Made by a program: the position numbers and the translations under genes. From Sphagnum compactum (lineage: Eukaryota), in contig OZ234493.1 of NCBI GenBank assembly GCA_965153455.1, positions 4,588,001 to 4,652,000 of the forward strand: a stretch of DNA of 64,000 nucleotides, given 5' to 3'. Each line of letters opens with the position of its first letter. The first letter of the stretch is position 1. Shown here piece by piece: positions 56,136 through 64,000 of the stretch. The notes beneath the pieces were generated by a model that was given only the letters and a program-made list of their open reading frames with translations, searched no databases and had not been told where the DNA came from.

Positions 56136-59100
56136 GGCTCCTGCTAGCTGTTGTTCTCCCTTTCCTCTTCTTCTTCTAAAGTTCAAAATCCTACATTTGA
56201 AATCCTCAAGCCATCAAAAAACACTGCAACAGACCATTTTCTCTGGAAAGAAAGCAATGAGTTTGAACACAGAGAGGTGGGGGAGGAAAAAAGAGGAAGC
56301 TTGCAAAACACACATTGAACAAAATCCCATGACAGACAAATTAAGACTCACCTTCAGAAAGAAGAGAAGAAAAAGAATATATCCTCCATTTGCAGTGAAT
56401 GCCTGCAAATCCATCTCGGAGCTCCTCATACATGCTTTCACTGCATATATATACTGACCCAAATCAATTGCCCTTTCTCCAACATCATGGTGCTTATTAA
56501 AAAACAAAGTCCCCCAACAGAATTTACACCTAAACCTCATACTCTAGAACTGCCAATACTCATGTAGGACAAGCTGTCCAAATGGCCACTTTCCTTGGGA
56601 AACTATTATAAAAGATCATTCCTCAGTTGCTGCCTCATCTGGCTTGAGCATCATCATCATATGATGTGTGAATTCTGCAGGCCAGAAGACCTAGGAAATC
56701 ATTACCTCATGTTCCAATCACACTTTGAGAGCTTTGATTATATGGGAACTCCCCCTCATATTCTACACTAGTGAGGAGGCACCCAAAGAATACTAACCAA
56801 ACACTCTTATGTTTACACAAAACACCTGCTGTCCTTATATTGTGCAAAGTGAAGAACCACTTTCATAATAGAAGAAGAAGAAGAAGAAGAACTTCCAAAA
56901 ATTCCAGGTCTTATTAATCCTTACAAGTTTCAGGAGACCTATGATGATCTTATTATTATCGTCTTCCAATACTCTCTCTCTCCCAGTGAAAAGATTTGCT
57001 TAGCAACACCATGAAGAGACTGTGTAAATCTATTCATTTGTTATGGGCTTCTTCAGTGTACCCATTTGAAACCCAAACTTCTCGTGCTCGCTTCCAATCC
57101 TACTACACAGCCCAATGCAACCTGTTTATTTAGTCATTCCTTCTTCACACATCATTTCAACCGGAAATGCCAAACACGTGCTCTTTCTTTTGCTTGCAGA
57201 ACTTCTTGCAGTGAATGCCTTAGGATTTCAACTCCACACATCATTCAACAAGAAATGCCAAGCAGATAGGGACATTCTTTTGCAGAACCTCTGCAGAGAC
57301 AGACTCAAGGGTTTTCTTGTTATCTTTGTTTTTTTTTTTTGGGTACAAACAGACTCAAGGTTGTTTTTTTTTTTTTTTTGGTTTGGTTCCACTCTTCTCG
57401 TTCCCACTCTTCTGTTTGTTGGGCGTCATGAGCAGCAGCTGCAGCGGGACTTGAGTTCCGCCGAGAGGAAGAGACGGCGCAAGCAATGCTACGTTCGACT
57501 CAGTCGGATGCTTTTATTAGAGGCAAACGAGTAATGAGACCTGCGAAATAGTCGTATTGCCGTTTCTAATTCCGAGCGCACGTGGGGACACGGAAGATGA
57601 ACGCCCCTGCCCCCTACGAACTATGCGCGTGTCGATCAGCGGGGCCCATCCAGCCTGCTGGCAGTGAGCTCGTCACCTCAATCGGCGAAACATTCTCCGG
57701 GTCCAGGTTTCCACAAACCTGCCTGAATCCCTGCAGTCAGGGGATCGCAGTTTTGCTTCCCAGCGCCGTTTTTCTTTGCACTTTGCCGCTCTCTCCCCGC
57801 CAGAATAGGATCTGAAAACTTTTAAAATGGCGCAGGACGTATTTTCTTCCATCGGTGCCTGTACTCTGCCGCGCTCTCTCTCCCCGTGAGAATAGGATCT
57901 GAGAACTTGAAATGGCGCAGGACGAAGTGCGAACCCGTACACAAAATCTACCGGGGCTTTGCGTTTCGGTTTCAGATTCCTTATCCGCATGAGTCAAGTA
58001 AGTTCAGAGATCTAGTCGAGAGAAACATCTCCTCCCCAATTATGTTTGCCTGTTGTCTTTCACAACAAATATGTGAGAAGATTCCATCAGCGGCCAGTTT
58101 CCTTCAGATTATAAAATTGTGGTCTGGAGCATTCGCGATTTGAGCTTCTGGACATGTGGTACATTTGAGCTTTTGGACATTGCATTGGGAGAAGGATATG
58201 TTTTTTTTCTTTTCTCTAATCCTTTCAAGGAACATTTGTTTCCGATGATCAAGACATCAGTAGAGCCCATTTGTGTCGTCTAGGATCTTAGTTCATGAAT
58301 CTCTCCAATTCTCTCAAGAAGGTGGAATTTCTGAGCCAGCTTGTTCTTTGGAAGTTGAATTTGCTTCATTGAAGGACCAAATTATGGTTTCTTCTTATGT
58401 GGATTCTTATGTTGCTACACCCTGTTGTGCATATATTCACTTGAAATACAGGTACCGCAGTAGGATGTTGTTTCCCATCAGGTGACCTGGAAATCCACTA
58501 AAGCATTCAAATCAAAGACATGAATTTGATATTGAGCTTGTATTATCAATGCGCTATTGAAGCTGGCACTTGTTCTTGTCATGTTATATTTTCTTTTTCC
58601 AGCACTAACGGAATGCTACATTCAATGTGTCATGGAGATTTCTCTACAATCTCATAAAACCAGAGTACACCCATGAACCCGAGCAGTCCTTATCAATCCT
58701 TCATCAAAAATTTCTTCTCCTTGATTTCTCCTGAATCAGGATGTATGAGGTTTATATTTTTATTTGACATAGAGCAAGTGGAGTCTTAGATGAGCAAAGC
58801 ACCTGTGGTTTTCTTCCACATGCAACAAACACCAATACTCCAGAAACCAGCTCTTCATCAACAGTCAACAAAAGGTGAACATTCCAGACCCATTCCAGAT
58901 TTTTAAAATTTACATACTATTTTGCCATGAGAATGAAATTGCTCATCTTTGAAATGGAGTTTTCCAGCTATTTAGAGAATTTAATGTACTTTGTCATTTA
59001 TCAGCTTGCTTACTGCAGCTACTGCATCCTTTGTGTGGTTTTTTTTTCAAGTCACAAATACACATTATTGAGACAGGTTGAATACTTATATATATATATT

Positions 59101-60344
59101 GTTCTGCTTGTTGTGCTATTGCTGCAGCAAGGACCCAATACATGGACACTAGTGTTGCTGCTACATAAGTCGATGTGACCCAGTAATGTTAGTAGTCAGG
59201 GCTTTTTCTCTTTTATGCGTGAGTACACTAGAAAGCCAAATCCAACCACAGTGTTACAACCATTTCCCCAAACCATAATCAATCTCTTATTTACCTTAAC
59301 TGCCAATTTTCATTCTAGTAGTTTAGGTATCAGATAATAACAGAAGCCATGAGGAGAGTGTTCCAGCATCTAATTGTAACCATGTGTTGCGGCACACCAT
59401 TTTCCAAGAAAACTTTTCACAAGATGTGCAACATAATTTGATATGCATCCAGAACCTAGGAAATCCAGAGATTGAGAAGCTTGACATGGATTGAGACAGT
59501 GCACATGTGCATGACCTTACCAGTTGATTCAAATCACAGAGTTTGGTTTTCCCAATACCTAGAGATAATGAAAGATCTACAATCACAACAATTACGTTTG
59601 AGTCATAAAAGATTTTTCAGGACAATTTTACAATTCATTTATTTTTCCTGACAAATTCTATGCAAAATTTGAAGTGGAGAACAATTTGGTGCCCAATGGC
59701 GAGTTATGTCAGGTGATCCACTCTAAAGACGTTGGATGGGAATATATCCAATTTAGTACTTGGCTAAGCGCACTCTACATTGCTGCCTTCTATGTCATGA
59801 TGCAGTCTTTAAACCAAATGGTAGTAACTTCTTTCAATATCATCTTCCATAACATTTTTAACAAATCACTCCTTTGTGAAAAACTAAGGTTCATAATCTA
59901 AATTAGATGTCCTAAACCCATTTATGCAATTGTGATTATTGGTTTACTATAATCACAATTTCCAACGAAAGTTTGAGTGATCCTAATCTAGTTTAGAACA
60001 AACACACCCAATTCATGTTTTTTGTGAAGGAGTTATGCATTGATAGTTAACAAAGAGTAGGTCGATAGGTAGTAGTAGGTGCCTTCAAAAGACCTTGGCA
60101 AAAAATTTAAGGTAAGTGCCAAAATTTTCAATTTTCCATGTTGTGTTCATCCTCATCATCTTTGAAGTTCAATTCTTCAAATGTCCCAAGTTTATCTTGA
60201 CACAATTTTTCAAAGAAGACATGAGTTTGTGTCAATCTTTTGCATTGTGAATAGTAGGACTTGGTTGAAAACTGATTGAAAATTGGTACCTATAGGATCT
60301 AATATAGAAGATAGGCACCTATCTTCTTGTTTGAAAACATTATG

Positions 60345-63300
60345 GCATGAGATTGATAAATAAGTTCAATGGAAAAAACTTTCATTTATGGAAGTTCAAA
60401 ATGGAGATGATTTTAATGGAATTTAGGCTTTGTGGGAGATTATTGAAGGCATCGAGGAGGCTCCATAATCATGTGTTGATGCAAACATGAAGAAGGCATA
60501 TAAAAAAAGAATTAAAAAAAATATGTCCATCATTGCAACCAATTTGTTTGAAACAACTTGCTCACATTTGATCTTGTAAAAGACTAATAGAGGTATGAAA
60601 CACATTTTGCAACATTCATGAATCCAAGAATCTATCCAACATCTTATTTTTAAGGTGCAAGTTATTCACATGCAAGATGCAATAAACAAATGACAAGTTT
60701 GATCACATAAACAAGGTGAAAGCACTTGCAAATGATCAACTTTTTTGCTTGGAGGTTGGAGTTAAAGATGAAAATGTTGTGTGACGATATTATTTGAAAG
60801 TTTTCCCCCTTCATATGAATACTTAATCACAACATTAAAAAACAAACCACATGAAGGAGTTTACGTTGGAGTATGTGATAGCATGACTAATGCATCAAAT
60901 GTCAATGAAGAAAGAAAACAAACCCCAAAGTGAAGATTCAAGGTGAAGGCAAAAACTCAAACTCACATCCACACACAAGGGTGTGTCAGAATTGTGATAA
61001 GCTAGGCCACATTGCATGTTTTTGTTCCAAGAAAAGAAACAATGAAAAAGATAATGCAAACAATGTAATAGTTGAAATGGAGGAAACAACTATATATGCA
61101 TTTGCAATGAATGATGGATTTAATGCAACAACATGTGCAAATGGATCATTGATTCCAAAACAAAACAACACATGACTCCACATAGGAAAACCTTTTACAC
61201 CTATATATCCATCGATGTTAGAAAAACAATTCATGATAAATGATGGCATGGAATAAGTTGTGGGCAAAGGCTCCATTCTTGTAAAACTTGAAATGAAGGG
61301 GCACACAAGGAGGATCAAAATTAGGGATGTCCTCCATGTGCTCAAGTTGTATGCAAATTTTTTATTAGTGAACAAGTTGGTCTCAAGAAGACTCAAGGTG
61401 AATTTCAACATGATAGGGTATGTTGTGAAAATGCCCAATGGAAAATTCGTGGGAACAACATCACAAAGAGCATAACTTGTATCAAATTACATGCACAAAA
61501 ATGAATGGAGTTGAAATGGCCACTTTGGCACAATGTGGTGCAAAACAAGACATGTTGAGACTATGGCATCAATGCCTTGGCCATTTGAATGTGAGAAGTG
61601 TGAACGCTCTTCCAAGCATGGTAAGTGGCATAGATCTTGCCCCATCTTCATTTGATTTGTCCTCCTTAACATTTGAAGGTTGCATTGAAGGCCAACAACA
61701 AGATAGCCTTTTCAAAGTGATGTTAATGGAAGGTGTGCAACCAAGGTATTGGAGATTATGCACTCAAATTTGTGCAAACCAATGAAAACCATATCGATGG
61801 GTGGAGCATGATATTTTGTCACTTGCATAAATGATTTCTCGAGGAAGGAATGGATGTATCCATTAAAATCAAAGGATGTGTTTTAGAAAGTTTAAGAAAT
61901 TCAAGGCATTAGTGGAGAAGCAATATAACACAAGATCAAGGTCTTACAATGTGACAATGGAAGAGAATACAAATATTTAAACAATTTGGTGAATTCTTGA
62001 AAGAACATGGCATTGCAAAACAAACTTCAACCCCTTACATTCCTCAACAAAATGAGGTGGTTGAATGTGCAAATTGAACAATTATGGAAATGGCAAGGAC
62101 CACGTTGCATGCCCAAAACCTCAATCTTAAACTTTGGGTAGAAGTGATGATGAATGTAACATATATTCGTAATTAGTGCACCCCAACAAATGTAGTTGTA
62201 ACCAATATTGACCACACATTGCACACATTCAAGTTTTTGGATGCATCACATATGTTAAGGTGCTAGATTGAAGGTGAAGTAAACTTGATGCAAAAGCAAG
62301 CAAATGCATGTTTTGGGGTTATTATGAAAACACAAAAATATATAGATTTATGTGTTTGGAGACAATAACAATCATCAATAATCAACATTCATGGAAGACA
62401 ACAATGTTTCCAACAATTTGGAGATGCATCCAAGTGGGAGAGATGTGGAGCCAACTCTTATTGTGGACAAATCTTCCAAATCATTCAACAAAGATGATGG
62501 AAAAACAAACATTGATAATAATTACTTGATGATATGTAACTAGTAAGTCATGACATACTTGAAATTCCAATAACCAAGAAAAATGCAAATGGTCATAATT
62601 AAGAAGTACTTCCAAATGCACAAGTGGAAAACCACACCTATAATGAATAATGATAACCTATAGGGGTGCACAAGTTGCTTGGAGAATGATTGAAGAATCA
62701 CATTTTGCATGACCAAATGGAAAAATGCAAATATGGTGTCTCTCAATGATCCAATACACATTGTTGAACCTTGCAAAGTGATGACGTGATCAAATGGAAG
62801 AAAGCCATGCAAAAGGAATATGAATCGTTCATGGCTGACAAAACATGGAAGTTGATTCCCCTTCCTAAGGATTGTAAAATCATGGGGTGCAAGTAGGTGT
62901 TTTGTATAAAGTGATATGCACCAATCACATTATGCATCACAAGGTGAGGTTGGTGACAAAAAGGTACTCACAAATTATTGATATTGATTTCAAGGAGACA
63001 TTCACCCCTAGTGCCAAATCCATTACCATTAAATGTATATTCACCATTGGAGCTACCATGGACTTGAAAATAGACAAAATGGATGTGAAGATTGCAATTT
63101 TGAATGGAGACTTGGAGGAAGACATTTATATGGACCATCCCGAGGGATTTGTGCACGAAGGTCAAGAATATATTTTGTGCAAGTTAAAAAAGGCAAGGGT
63201 ATGAGTTGAAGTAAAACTTGTATGGGTTGAAGCAAGTTCCAAGGGTGTGGTATAAATGGATTAACATTTTTTTATCACCCAAGGCTTTGAAAGGAACCAT

Positions 63301-63600
63301 GCCAATCATTTTTTGCACATTAAACAAATAAGTGAGTTTTTGTTCATTATAATCATTTATGTGAATGGTTTGATCATGTTGACACACTACTACAAAACAT
63401 GTCCCCATTCCATTATCCATTCTACCATTTTGGATGTTGAGTAGAATGGATAATGGAATGGGGACATGTTTTGTAATAGTGACAAGTGACATAAGAATGA
63501 TAGAGATGATGATAGCAAAGTTTGAAGAGGAGTATGAAATGAATGACCTTGGAAAGTTACAGTGTAAAACCATGGGATTCAACAACCTAATTACCATCAA
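60345..63600 (+). mobile_element. Degenerate Ty1/Copia gag-pol remnant, truncated in RT
   Basis: Copia domain order: KFNGKNFHLWKFKMEMIL (gag), CQNCDKLGHIACFC (Zn knuckle), WIIDS (protease), LRLWHQCLGHLN (gag-pre-integrase), integrase fragments (DNGREY, PQQN), then RT HKVRLVTKRYSQ..IDFKETF, KMDVK.A.LNGDLEEDIYM..PEGF, LYGLKQ, IYVNG, EMNDLG. No RNase H or LTR recognised. Confidence 0.9.
63385..63481. mobile_element. 97-bp CACTA-terminated foldback mini-element with 3-bp TSD (ACA)
   Basis: Begins CACTActacaaaac and ends gttttgtaaTAGTG. Arms 63391-63425 and 63441-63475 are a perfect 35-bp inverted repeat (41 bp with 1 mismatch to the termini), with a 15-nt loop. ACA at 63382-63384 and 63482-63484. 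Confidence 0.9.
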
Positions 63601-64000
63601 GGAAAATGTTGTCGAATAGAAAAAAAATAAAAAGAAAAATGAAAAAAATGAAAGTGAAACCTATTTTTTATATGCCTACCATCTTATAGTACTTATTGTC
63701 TTGCAGTAGCTATCATTTAAAAACAGTTACCATCTTGTAATAATTATTGTCTTGCAACAATCACCATCCTTCAATAATTACTGTCATGTTGCACCTATCG
63801 TCATTTGTAGATTTGAAAGAAGAGCTAAAGTGCTTATAGACTTCTTGTAGGTGTTGCTTGCCATCTGCAATACCCACAAACCTGTTATAACTACTACCTA
63901 CCATCTACTACATCAATATAACTTCTACAACCTTTAAATCTAGTGGTTATTTTCATGCTATTGCTTTCTAATGGTATTTACCCTCCTACAACAGCATTAC

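Noticed and set aside
59520-59560. GIGKT as an NB-ARC/P-loop motif
   Set aside because: It begins at a splice acceptor with no upstream GxxG context visible, and no other NTPase motifs were found.
59900-60345. Copia 5' LTR and primer-binding site
   Set aside because: No TG..CA repeat pair or convincing tRNA-complementary PBS is identifiable in the window.

Overview
Eukaryotic (land-plant) nuclear DNA with spliceosomal introns. Gene style, AT-rich repeat families and the retroelement type suggest a moss, probably Sphagnum; this is an inference. Four apparently intact spliced genes were reconstructed by hand: sorting nexin 2 (+, 2864-5925), a likely plastid-targeted membrane protein ending DPVEEARRIMEKYK (-, 10996-8960), an ER/SERCA-type P2A Ca2+/Mn2+-ATPase (ECA; +, 15066-21153, probably extended upstream to 14616) and a Gly/Gln/Asp-rich ASR(ABA/WDS)-like protein (+, 44791-45998). 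Decayed gene fragments (HRQ1-like exon, F-box/kelch, DnaJ-type Zn-finger) and many transposon relics (two hAT remnants, one Copia, TIR/Helitron-like repeats, minisatellites) fill the rest. Three observations stand out. (1) A young, 5'-truncated Naiad/Chlamys-type Penelope-like retroelement lies inside an ECA intron, flanked by an 18-bp direct repeat, next to an older diverged copy of its own 3' UTR; comparing the two copies reveals a covarying multi-hairpin RNA structure that I could not match to a canonical hammerhead or HDV ribozyme. (2) The ECA has an in-frame two-exon N-terminal extension resembling a transit peptide and lacks a C-terminal dilysine ER signal. (3) A 97-bp near-perfect foldback CACTA mini-element with an ACA target duplication is nested in the Copia RT. 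All calls were made by eye; no database searches were run.
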